Below, piece by piece: positions 38,805-49,950 of a DNA stretch of 64,000 nt (within the stretch, counting starts at the first letter, position 1; each line of letters opens with the position of its first letter). Position numbers and translations under genes: made by a program. The DNA comes from Octopus bimaculoides (taxonomy: Eukaryota). The notes below the pieces were generated by a model, which made no database searches, was not told the origin of the DNA, and was given only the letters and a program-made list of their open reading frames with translations. The stretch lies in NCBI RefSeq assembly GCF_001194135.2, contig NC_068981.1:95283512-95347511 (forward strand), read 5' to 3'.

Positions 38805-39500
38805 CTGTGTTTGTCCCCCTAGCATTGCTTGACAACCGATGCTGGTGTGTTTATGTCCCTGTCACTTAGCGGTTCGGCAAAAGAGACCGATAAAATAAGT
38901 ACTAGGCTTACAAAGAATAAGTCCCGGGGTCGATTTGCTCGACTAAAGGCGGTGCTCCAGCATGGCCGCAGTCAAATGACTGAAACAAATAAAAGAGTAA
39001 AATAGTACCAATGGGCATGACGTGGTGGCCAGAACAGGATATCAAGAAAGAAAATATCTACAGACGAATTTGACTATATTGAGACTGATGTTTCAAAAGA
39101 ATTCCGGTGGAACTTAAAAATTAAAACAACCAGCAAGTTAAAACACAACCGGCCAGATATTGTTGCGTGGGACCACAACGAAAATATATGTTCTGTTGTG
39201 GAAATCAGCTGCCATGTAGACACCAATGTAATTAGAAAAATACAAGAGAATGAAGACATCTATGGACCTTTGATAAAGGAATTTGCAAATCCAGTACCCA
39301 AGATATACTTTCAGATTTATATCTATTATTACTGGAGCAACAAGATACATACCAACCCATCTGGAACAAAGTATAGTTGAACTTGGGACATTGGAAGGAA
39401 AAACGCAAATCCTTAATTCATACACTACATATAATCACGATATCTGGGACTTTAAAAACCTGCAAGAACTTCTTACGGTTTAAAGGATAATGAACAAAAC
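38090..39500 (+). mobile_element. Decayed RLE-type non-LTR retrotransposon 3' part, interrupted by SINE B
   Basis: FEGYIYAIQEQE, CRLC zinc-knuckle region, HDVVAR, then HNRPDIVAWD...SVVEISC (PD-D/E endonuclease). Confidence 0.85.
38604..39007 (+). mobile_element. SINE family B, near full length
   Basis: gtggtaagtagcttgctaaccaaccacatggttccgggttcagtccc head, central (TA)n, aaagagta tail. Confidence 0.92.
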
Positions 39501-39699
39501 AAAATACTTCCCTTCACAACCTTGCTATCAAGTAGGTGGCCGGTCAAAATTTACTCTAAATTAAACAGAGAGAGAGAGAGAGAGGGCAGTTTTGTTGGTT
39601 GATGTAGACTTTATTTAAGCAAATCTGTTTGTCGAACAACTGCTTCTGTTGGAGAGTTGAAACTGGCGTTTTATTTTATCCTGTTTTATTTAAGAGATA

Positions 39700-40390
39700 C
39701 AGCTATAGCTAAAAAGACTTGTCTGTCCACCTCATGGTCTCGGTGGACAAAATAGAAAGGGAGTTACCCCGAAGGATGACGAGGGGGACGCGCTGGAGCT
39801 TCCACTCCGACTCACAAGGCTCGCACTTGCGGATAGCCATCTCTGCAAAAATACTGACAAATCAAAAGTCAAGCTTTGAATACGCCAAACGTAGTTTAAA
39901 AGAAGAGCGAAGGATAGATAAACTGTCAAACAGAGGTTTGTCAGTCACAAACTGAGAATGAAACTGATCCACAGCACTCGCCTGTTGCACGGACACCTTC
40001 AGTTGTTTGATGTCAGCCATCTTTAGGGCTCATGCTTCACATCCATACAAGGCTATTGGCCAAACCAGGACTTTTAGAAGCTTCAGATTGGTGCTTTTGC
40101 AGAGGTTGCAGTTTCTCCATATTGTCTTGAATAGCTAAGGGTTGACCTTCCTGCATCAAGACTTGCTTCGATTTCTCAGCTACAGTCTACTGTTGGATTA
40201 ACAATAGAGTCCAGGTACTCGAACTTATCAACCTAGGCTAGCTGGACCCCTTGGTATCGTATGGTAAGCAAGCTGCTCTGGTTCTCTGATGGCTACCGCT
40301 ATCTTCGTTTGTTTTGTGTTGATCTCTAGCTGAAGCTCACAAGAGACTCGACCAACTTTCAGAGAAAGGGTTACTAATAAAACACAATCT
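39700..40390 (-). mobile_element. Decayed RTE LINE C-terminal fragment
   Basis: Minus strand VDKFEYLDSIVN followed by frameshifted LKVLVWPIALYGCEA-type and RGRP-type motifs. Confidence 0.75.
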
Positions 40391-41241
40391 TTATCGACCA
40401 AATGGTTAAATATTCTAATTGCCTGTGTCTTTCTGTCAGTCTTTCTTATTTTGTAACTGTTTAGCTGCCTGTCTTTGTATTTAATTGTCTAACCAGTTAG
40501 ATAGTTCTCGTTTTGTCTACCTGTCTGTCTATCTGTTTGCATGCATCTTTTTGCTCCCTTACAAGTCTCTCTCTTTCTATTTGCTTTAGTTTTACTATCT
40601 TTATTCTTCTCTCTTCTTCCCGCCACATTATCCTTTACTCGTTCCAAGCATGTTTGCATGCATTCATCTACCTGCCTGTCTCAATTTTTTTTTGTCTTTT
40701 TGTAGCTGCGTCACCTCGATGTGTCTCTGCATCTATCTCATTCCATGTCTGTTTTTATCCACTTCTCTTTCCCTTTCTCTCCAGTTTGCTTGCTAAATTC
40801 TTTTTATTTACACAGCTGCTGTATGTCAGAACATCATCAGCCAGCCATTTAATCCATTTCTAATCAAATAGTTCTAACATCTGTAGTAATCTACTTAGAA
40901 ACTACATATGTGCCAGCCCCTTTCTCTACAAATGCATTATGTGTCAACTCTCTTTTTCCCTTTTTTTTATATATACTTTAAGTGGTGGATTGGCAGAATC
41001 ATTAGCGTGTCGGACAAAAATGCCTGTACCATGTAGTTATTGCTATTTGCATACTGAGTTCAAATCCCGCCGAGGTCAACTTTGCTTTTGGTGAAATGTT
41101 ATAATAGACAATCTTCCCTCTTTCTCCAGCAACTTTGAATGCTTGAGCAAGGGACCAAACAATCATTTATATATATATGTACGCACGTGTGTGTGTGTGT
41201 GTGTGAATAAACAATATATAAGTATAGATAAAGAGTAAAGT

Positions 41242-41455
41242 GACGAGCTGGCAGAATCGTGAGCACGCCGGACAAAAATGCTTAGTGGCATTTTGTCCTT
41301 CTTTATGTTCTGAGTTTAAATCCCGCCGAAGTCGACATTGTCTTTCACCCTTTCGGGGTTATTAAAATAAATACCAGGTGAGCATTGGGGGTCGATATAA
41401 TCGACTTACCTCCTCCCCAGAAATTGCTGGCCTTGTGCCAAAATTTAAAACCCAT
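41242..41455 (+). mobile_element. SINE family A
   Basis: Head, core and tail; a partial copy also lies near 40985-41090. Confidence 0.88.
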
Positions 41456-42019
41456 ATAAATGAAGAGTGAAAAATATATACTGAAATAATCCTTGTACGT
41501 TATAACATCGTCACTCATGTTGTGAAACACATAAGTAAATAAATGAGTTTCTAGTTTGGTTTTATTATACGTTATGCATTTATGTTTGTACGCAGAGAGT
41601 GAAAGGAAATCTGCGATACTGAGAATAATAGTTACTTCTGGCCGAAAGTTTTGAGTTTTTCTCAAAAGTAGTCAATGCTAGTGATGAGAAATCGTTATTC
41701 CATTATGCTTATATAATCCTATATTTGATCAACAAATTTCCCCATTTAGTGTGTATTGGCCGACAAAGTTGCATATATCTGCGTTATGAATCGATCCCGC
41801 AGTGATGATCAATGAACCCATGGAGTCTCATTTTTTGATCCAGACAGAATATTGAAGAGAAGCGCACTTTTTGCTTGCATAATTTCTATTTTTACGACGC
41901 CTATGTTATTGCATCTTCTGGTTAAACATAGTTATATTTATTATTTTTATTTTTAAACCAGATGGTCACTATATCCATTGTTTTTCTATTGCTGGTCTCT
42001 AGTTGCCTTTCTAATATTG

Positions 42020-42286
42020 GTTTCAAATGCCAGAAAGGTCGGGCGAGGGAGTTAGTCGATTACATCCACTCCAGTGTTCAAAAGGTACTTTATCAACCTC
42101 AAAAGGATAAAGGGAAAAGTTGACCGGTGGATTTTGTACTCAGAACGTAAAGTCGGACGAAATGCTGCTAAACATTTCGCTCAGCGTGCTAACAGTTCTA
42201 CCAGCTCACCGCCTAAACGTAAAGTCGGAAGAAATGCCGGTATGCATTTTGTTCAGCACGGTAGCCATCTTGCCAGCTCGTCGCCT
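42020..42286 (-). mobile_element. SINE family A with duplicated head
   Basis: Two ~72-bp head segments in tandem at 42144-42286. Confidence 0.8.
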
Positions 42287-42755
42287 TTGTTGCCTCTATA
42301 ATATTATTGTTAATCTTTTTTAACATTTTCTTTTTGATGGGTCCTATTGCTATTTTAACTGAGCTAATTTGCCTACATTTTAGATTAGATGTAAGGCTTC
42401 TTTGCAGTTTTAAAGAGTGAAATACACTTCACCTTAGTTATACTTTATTTTATCTTTTCTTTTATTTGCTTCAGTCTCTGGACTGCAGCCATACTGGGGT
42501 ACTACCTTGAAGGCTTAAGTCGAACAAATTGACCCATGTACTTATTTTTTAAAGTCTGGTACTTATTCTATCGTTCTGTTTTGTCGAGCTGCAAAGTTAC
42601 GGGAACGTAGCCAAATAAACATCGGTTGTGAAGCTGTTGGTGGCATGTAAAGAACAAACACAGACCCTTCAAATTTATTCAATATTTATCCGAAGGAATG
42701 CCGCTAAGCATTTTGCTCTGCTTTCTATCGAGTCCGTCAGCTCGCCGCTCTATGA

Positions 42756-42786
<31 letters not shown>

Positions 42787-45700
42787 GTTCCAAATTTAGG
42801 CACATGGCCAGTAGTTTTGTGAAGTCGACCCCGAAAAGCAGAGTTAAGCTCAGCGAGATTTGAACTCAGAACGCAAAGAACCGGAACAAAATAATGAAAG
42901 CTCCAACTATTCTACCATTGTTCTTATTTCTGAAAGAAGTAGAATGTTACACAAGTTGGGGACATATATAGTCAATTTAATCAATGCTAATACTTTATTG
43001 TATCTACCTCGGAGGCACGAAAAAGTAAACGTAACCCTGGTGAAATTTGAGCATAGAATGTAAAGTAATTTTACTAAATATTGCAAATCACTTTTCCAGC
43101 GATCAATTGATTTTGCTAATTAGTATTTCATATGGAAAAAAAGATAAGTTTGTGTCATTTATGCTTTTCTTAAGCGCATTACCGATGTCTGTAAAGTGAA
43201 TTGGTTTCAGGTAGGTTTCGAAACAGTATGAATGACAGTCTCAGCTGAAAAGGAACTTAATCTTGCGCTGCAATTATGAGTTAATATAAAATTACCCTCC
43301 CCAACCACAACCATTACCAAAAAAAAAAAAAAAAGAAAGAAAAAAGGTGAGGTGGGGTGGGGGAGAAAACGAATAAAAAATACAAAAGAACTTGAAAAAA
43401 AAAATGGCTCATGGAATTCTTAAAGTTAGTCAGAAACTGCAATGGCAAAAGTACTGAATATAGATGTTCATAGATAATAATATATTGTATGTAATATTGA
43501 TCTTTAATTCGTGCAAGAACATCGCAAACTGGCGATGTTATCAATGGCTGTGATGATATCGATATAACATCAATTTCAATCCGTTCATTTGGAGTAGCTT
43601 TAGAAAGTACATATATTGTAATATTTGTTCCAGTCACTTTCAAATTCATCAATCAATGCCATTCTTTGAAATCAACTATTTTTTCCATTTAGTACCGTCT
43701 CTTGGTTTATTTGTTTTCTCTTACCATTATTGTTCATCGTTCTTCCAGATACAATCGATAAATCCAAATTAATTTCAGCAGATTTACAGTTTGTTCTGGG
43801 GACGTACTGAACGGAAGAGTAATTTCCATTGGTAGATTTAAAGAAACCAAGAACAAACAGCAAAAAAAACAAAAAAAAACAGAAAAAAAATTCTTGTAGA
43901 CAAGGTATATTTTGTAAAGGCTCAGTCTTTCGTTTTGACATTTAACACGCAAAGAGTAGGCGTGGCTGACTTTCGTGTTACTCATGCATCCAACTATTTA
44001 GTTGTTTGATTTATGTAACTGGTGTTTATTTTCTAGCTTCGAGAAGGAAGAGAAGCTTACTCGATTAGTTAAGAATCCAATTTGAAGTTTTCTCATCCGT
44101 ACTAAAATCTTCATAGAAATTAGACTTCTTCAAATGTGCTGTACCACCCCATGTCGTTTCCTTAACGTAATTTGTCAGTCTGAAAAATTGAACTGATAGT
44201 AACCTTTAGCATGTGGTGTTTATGTGTCTATGTATAACATGTTAAATTTGATTTACGCTACACAACCGGAGACATATCCTTCAAGATTATAGAAAATATA
44301 TAGTTAATCCTAGCTTCTTTTTCCGTCTTGAAACCTGATAATAATAATAGTAATAAAAAGAATAAGCTAGCAATCCTTTCAAAATCAGCCAAAAAAGGTT
44401 TTTTTAATAAAAGAAGTGGGGATGTTGTCAGGGGAGCATGGTGAAGGGTTTCAGTTAATTGATAGAGCGTACAGCAACAACAGCAAAAGAAACAGCAACC
44501 AAATAAAACGAGGTAACCTAAAAATAATCTGAAGTCGAGACTGAAAGCAGAAAAAGAAAAAAAATATAAAGACAACACAAAATAAAAAATAACAATAATA
44601 CATTACATAGTTTAATTTTTTTTTATTTTTTAGATTGACAATATTTGAGTATAACAGGAAATGTGGAAAATAGCATCAACTTTCTTCAGAAAAGCATGAA
44701 AACATAAAGAACACAACTGACCGCGAATAGTCGGAACCTTAAGGAGGTTAATGTTCGAAGGGTAGAGTCTGAAGGAGACAGTGTGTCGCCAGGATTGTTG
44801 ATAGTAATCTTTATGATTCTAACAGAGATGCCACGGGAAAATAAATTAAGAAGAATGACGTGGATTTTATACACTCGTACATCACACACGCGTAGTAGTT
44901 ATATGCATGTATTTGCTCACTCATGTGTATGGGTGTGTGCATACATATACATAAATATGCAGACATACACGCATATAAATACATATGTGTGTGTATGTAT
45001 ATATATATGCATATATATATATATATGTAAGACACAAACATGATACATATATGCGTCCGTGTGCGCACAAATACAAACACATACTCAGACATACACCATA
45101 AACTTAAAATAGACTCGTATATTCTATATAGTAAATAATTTAAAGTAATTAAGAGAACTGGAGTGAAGGGGCGTACAGGTGCTATGTAATCAAAGTTGTA
45201 ATTATAACAGCGAAAATTTAATTTACAACACATGAACAATCAAAGAAGACGCAAATTTGAAATTGGAAGAAATTGGAAAGTAGTATATTTTGGGTTTTCC
45301 TGAGACATTCTCGCTACCTATCGTATCTGAACTAGGGATTCGATTTTTTTCTCCAAATTTTCCGCTGCCTCATAAATAGTTAATGTAAAACATAAGCTTA
45401 CAAAGATTCTTCAGACAACATCTGAAAATGATTTACATGGGATTTACCAGATTAAAATCGTTTCCTCATTAGTTTCGCTATGATGTTTTTGGAGAAGATG
45501 GTGATAATATTGTTGTGTTTTGCTGGATTGAAGCGATAGAGGCTCCTGGTAATGATAAGTGACGATAATACTATTAGTGATAAAAACGGTTGACGATGGT
45601 GGCGATGATATTGATATCATCGATGATAACATTTATGATGATGAGAATGAAATATTTTTAATGTAAGACTACTATTCCGTCATCTAATCAAGGAGGTAAG

Positions 45701-45809
45701 TTAATCGTAAATGCTGCTTATGATACAGTTATAGTGTGTAACTGGCAGCTGCTACCCTATCTGTCCAATGGAAAGTGTTGTCTCTTAATTACCAAAGACT
45801 ATATTAGTC

Positions 45810-46078
45810 CAGGGGTTTTCAAACTTTTTGACTTGCAGACCCCTTTATATTTCAGGCTTTACCCCTTATAAACGCTTATGAAATTTATACATAAATATTT
45901 GCTTAAAATAACATATATTTTTACATTTATTTATTTAACAGTATTTAACAAATAGGTTTATTGTCTATTAAAAGATTTTGATTAAAAAACATATATAAAA
46001 TCAAATTGCCCATAAAAAGTATTTGCTGTCCATGGACCCCCTGTCTTGTCCTTGCGGACCACAGTTTGAAAACCCCTG
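45810..46078. mobile_element. hAT-type MITE
   Basis: Perfect 16-bp TIR CAGGGGTTTTCAAACT and perfect 8-bp TSD TATTAGTC (45802-45809, 46079-46086). Confidence 0.95.
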
Positions 46079-46261
46079 TATTAGTCCAATCCAAGCGCTA
46101 TTAAGGTTTTTCGTTTACTTCGGATTCTAAAAGCCATCCTCTACTTTAGAATCACAATTTTCCAAATTCATCACAGATAATAGCGTAGTGGTAAATACAT
46201 CGCCTGTAGTTTTGGAGGCTAGTAATTTCATTGCAAAGTAATTTTATTGCGAACTAATACT

Positions 46262-46850
46262 TCTTAATTTCTTTGACTTCACGTGGAGCATAGGGCACCT
46301 ACAAAAGATCTCCAACTGTCTGAATCTTTGGAAATGAATTACAGTTGTCTCCAAGTGTAGTCGCCTGCCAGTGCTTCAGTTTCTGCGGACCATCTCTGTT
46401 GCTTTTGGTCTGTCATGCTTCCACCTCTCTTGCGGTGTCTATCATTGAGTTTGCCTTATAATGTTGGAAGCAGGTTTCTGTAGGGTGTGTCCCAGTCAAT
46501 CCATTGTCTCCCATTGAGCCTGGGTTTCAATAAATTGCTTGTTCAACTGTTGCCATAAAGGTTTTGTTTGAGAATCTGTCTCGCAATCCCAAAGGATGTT
46601 TCGCGGACATCTATTCCCAAACGCTTGTAGCTTGTCGATAGAGAACTTTGTACCTCACCAAATTTCACACAAGTACTGCAGAATCAGTTTCACGTTCTTG
46701 TTAAAGTTTCTGAATTTTGTGTTTTTTTGACAATGTCTCCAGCTTGGTACGAGCATCCAGAACGCAGCTGTAGCTTACCAAATCTTTGACTTTTATATTC
46801 TGATCTGTTACAACGTGCTAGGCCTCTGCGAACTGATACATCGTCGGTAA
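46262..46850 (-). mobile_element. Decayed RTE LINE 3' fragment
   Basis: Minus strand ends WRSFVGALCST; many stops and frameshifts. Confidence 0.72.
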
Positions 46851-46899
46851 ATTTATTATTGATTTTTATTCACAGCAAAAATACATTGCATTTAACTAA

Positions 46900-47560
46900 C
46901 GATGGAAAATAAATTCAATGGCCAAAAAAGTATCAACATTCACATTTCTTTGCCTTCTCTTCTCCCTCCACTTTTCACTTCACTGTGTCCCTGTCATTTT
47001 TTCTCGCCCCTCCCTAATTCTTTTGTCCCTCTGTCTCTACTTCTCTCTCTTCTCTTCCCACGTGACCGGTGTTCGGCCAAGCCTGACCTTTCTTTCTTGG
47101 GCGGCTGTTGTGCGTGCGACATCGTTATTTCTCCCTGTGCCTGTGAAATCTTGTATCCCGGCTGTAAGGCCTTATTTCCATATACACCAGCTTAATTTTA
47201 TTCGTCCTTAGTCGAAAGACATCTGTTGCTATGCCTCGTTATTATTCCTACTGTATTTGTGTAACGTTCGCTTTTTCCGTCCTTGTTTTTGTATACATTC
47301 GCTGCTTTCTTCCAAGGAATCTAATGCTCTGAGCTTAGTTTTTCCTTGGAGCTGGCCAGATTGGAGCAATATCGAGAATAACCAGCCGAAATTGCAAGGA
47401 TAATCTGGATCTCGACTGAAGAGAGAAAACTCCGAATGACCTGTTCGTGTTTTCTTTGTTATCGTCTATTTGGATGTTTTGTCCATTTCTTGTGTCACCT
47501 AACTGTCTGGATGTTTTGTGTTCTTGTCCCATTCTGTATTATATAGAAGCACCTTCGTTG
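46900..47560. repeat. Unclassified interspersed repeat
   Basis: Part is related in reverse orientation to 51330-51480 (aaaacatcc.gacag, atagacgata.caaaga). Confidence 0.45.
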
Positions 47561-48127
47561 GTCTTGCTTGAAGTGACGATTTGTGCTAGCAACAATAATT
47601 CGGTTACAGCTATCATTCAGAGGTAAGCTCATCCAATCACTCTACTAACCAAGCGTGCAAACCACTGTTTTTACTATCTCGCAGTTTCTCTTGTATTAAA
47701 CGGAATAGATGTAACCGTATTACTTCTGCCACGCGTTGCGATCGAATGATGGTAGTATCAGAAATTGAAAAGTCGGTGGAAGTATAGTTTGCGTTTCCTT
47801 CCCTTTTTTTACTTTTTCTTTTTTTGGATCGATCGGAATATTGGCAACGATGTTATTTTATTACAGTATCTATATGACCTTGTGTCGTTTTTGAACAACG
47901 CCGGAATTGCATTGTATTTATGTGTCTGTGTTTGTTCCCCCGCCATCGTTTGACAACCGATGTTAGTGTGTTTATGTACTAGGCTTACAAAGAATAAATC
48001 CTGGGGTTGATTTCTTCGACTAAAACTCCTTTAGGGTGGTGCTCTAGCATGGCCGCAGTCAAATGACTGAAACAAGTAAAAGAGTAAAAGAATAAAAGAA
48101 TATTATTAAGCAATATTTTACATTGTA

Positions 48128-48350
48128 TTAGGCGGTGAGCAGGCAGAATAGCGAGCCCGCCGGACAAAATGATAGGCGGCATTTCGCCCGTCATTACACT
48201 CTGAGTTCAAATTCCACCGAGGACGACTTTGCCTTTTATCCTTCCGGGAATCGATAAAATAAGTACCAGTGGAACACTGGGGTCGACTTAATCAACTTAC
48301 CCACCTACTCCGATCTTGCTGGCCTTGTGCCAAAATTTGAAACCAATATT
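48128..48350 (+). mobile_element. SINE family A
   Basis: Head, core and tail; preceded by a SINE B tail half (~47915-48090) and followed by a minus SINE B (~48495-48840). Confidence 0.88.
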
Positions 48351-48850
48351 TAGTCTTATATTTCATTAAGCAATATATATGAGATAACTATTGATTTTTT
48401 TTTTTATTGTCTATTTCCGTTATAGGGATTTGATTTACTGGAGCAGAACAAATGTCATCTCATTGTCTTTATTTTATGGTATGAAAACGTAGACTGAGAC
48501 TGCAGTGTTGCCTTTTACCGTCCACTTGTTTCTGCCATCAAACTGCAGCTGTGCTGGGACACCGCCTCGAACGGTTTAGTTGAAAAAAAATCGACCCAAT
48601 TATTTTTTAAGTCCGGTACTTATTTTATTAATTTCTTTTGCCGAACCGTTAAGTTACAAGCGATGTAAATAAATCAACACTGGTTATCAAGCGGGAAATG
48701 GGGGACAAACGAAACACACAAACACACGCGTTAACATGCATATATATATATATATATATGCATATCCGACAAGCTTCCACACAGTTTCCGCTTATCAAAT
48801 TCACTCACAAGGCATTGGTCGTCTCGACGCTATAGTAAGAAAATAAAATT

Positions 48851-49000
48851 AATTTCGAGTGTCAGATTAAGAAGTATGACTTAGTGCCGTTACTGGAAAA
48901 AGAAATTTGCGCTAAATTTATGTGAATTTCGAGTGTCACAGATTAAGAAGTATGACTTAGTGCCGTTACTGGAAAAAGAAATTTGCGCTAAATTTTTGTG
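48851..49000. repeat. Near-perfect tandem duplication, 74 + 76 bp
   Basis: Units differ by one 2-bp indel and one substitution. Confidence 0.95.
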
Positions 49001-49876
49001 AATATGTTTGTATCTAGTCTTAGATTGTCAACATAGTATAGTTAGTGTTTTCTTATGGTGGTGAAGTAGAATTTGATACTATATTAACATTAGTTATATT
49101 CTCCGACCCACGTGAAAGGAAAACACTTAACAAAGTATTAAACTTGATTCTTCTCACAGATGTAGTCTAATGTGTTCCCCGCTAAATTTCATGAATACCC
49201 GCTTGAAGAAGAATATTTTGTTGATAGGAGGAAAAATACTTATATCAGATTTGCAATGAGTTAGATTACAATAATAAAAAAAGAAGTTGCTATTTTCTAC
49301 TTATGCTATGGTGGTCTGAAGTGTACTGTAAAAATGTACTTCCTTTGTTTGGTAAAGTACAATGTATCATAAAAAATTGAAATACCACACATTAAGAATT
49401 ACTGTATGTCTACACGTGTTACAATTCACATTAGTGGGTTGTTTTGAACCAACGCCTCTTTAATTTTACAAAGATTCTGTTTCATATTTCCTATTTATAA
49501 AGCCGTTTTATTGAGGAAAGCCGCAGTTGACAATTCATATCATATCACCAGCACTGCACTGTGTTTATAGGCAAGACAACCGATCGCACACCAGTCTATT
49601 TCATTGGAAGTTAAGCCCCGTAGTGTTGACGCTGTAATAAACTGAAACAATATGATAAAATTTTAAATAGTTTCATTTGCTGAATGATACGCCTGCTGTT
49701 TGTATACCTTGGAATAGGACGACCCCTACCAAATTGACTAAGCCCGGTGATTCTTAAAATGGACATAAACGACCCCACCAAAATAGGAGTAGATTCTTTT
49801 TACTTCTCTTCACCTTTATTAATGTGAAAACAAAATAATTTGCTCTTGTTTTATGTCCATTGTCTTGAAATCTTTC

Positions 49877-49950
49877 GTCACACACCTGTGACCTTTTCAG
49901 CGACTCTCCATCCCACGTCTCTTCTCCTGAAGAGGTCACAGGTGTGTGAC
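49877..49950. other. Long hairpin: 24-bp stem, 26-nt loop
   Basis: gtcacacacctgtgaccttttcag / ctgaagaggtcacaggtgtgtgac, with one T-G wobble. Confidence 0.9.

Noticed and set aside
41685-41860. C/D snoRNA suggested by two GTGATGA motifs
   Set aside because: No properly placed terminal CTGA D box or closing stem.
43314-43985. Three overlapping minus-strand ORFs as a single gene or stop-recoded gene
   Set aside because: Joining them needs frameshifts and mixed TAA/TGA stops; much of the length is T/A low-complexity; no recognisable domain.
47410-47445. Hammerhead-like core CTGAAGA-GAG-AAAA-CTC-CGAAT
   Set aside because: GAAA is replaced by GAAT, there is an extra C, and I could not close stems I and III.
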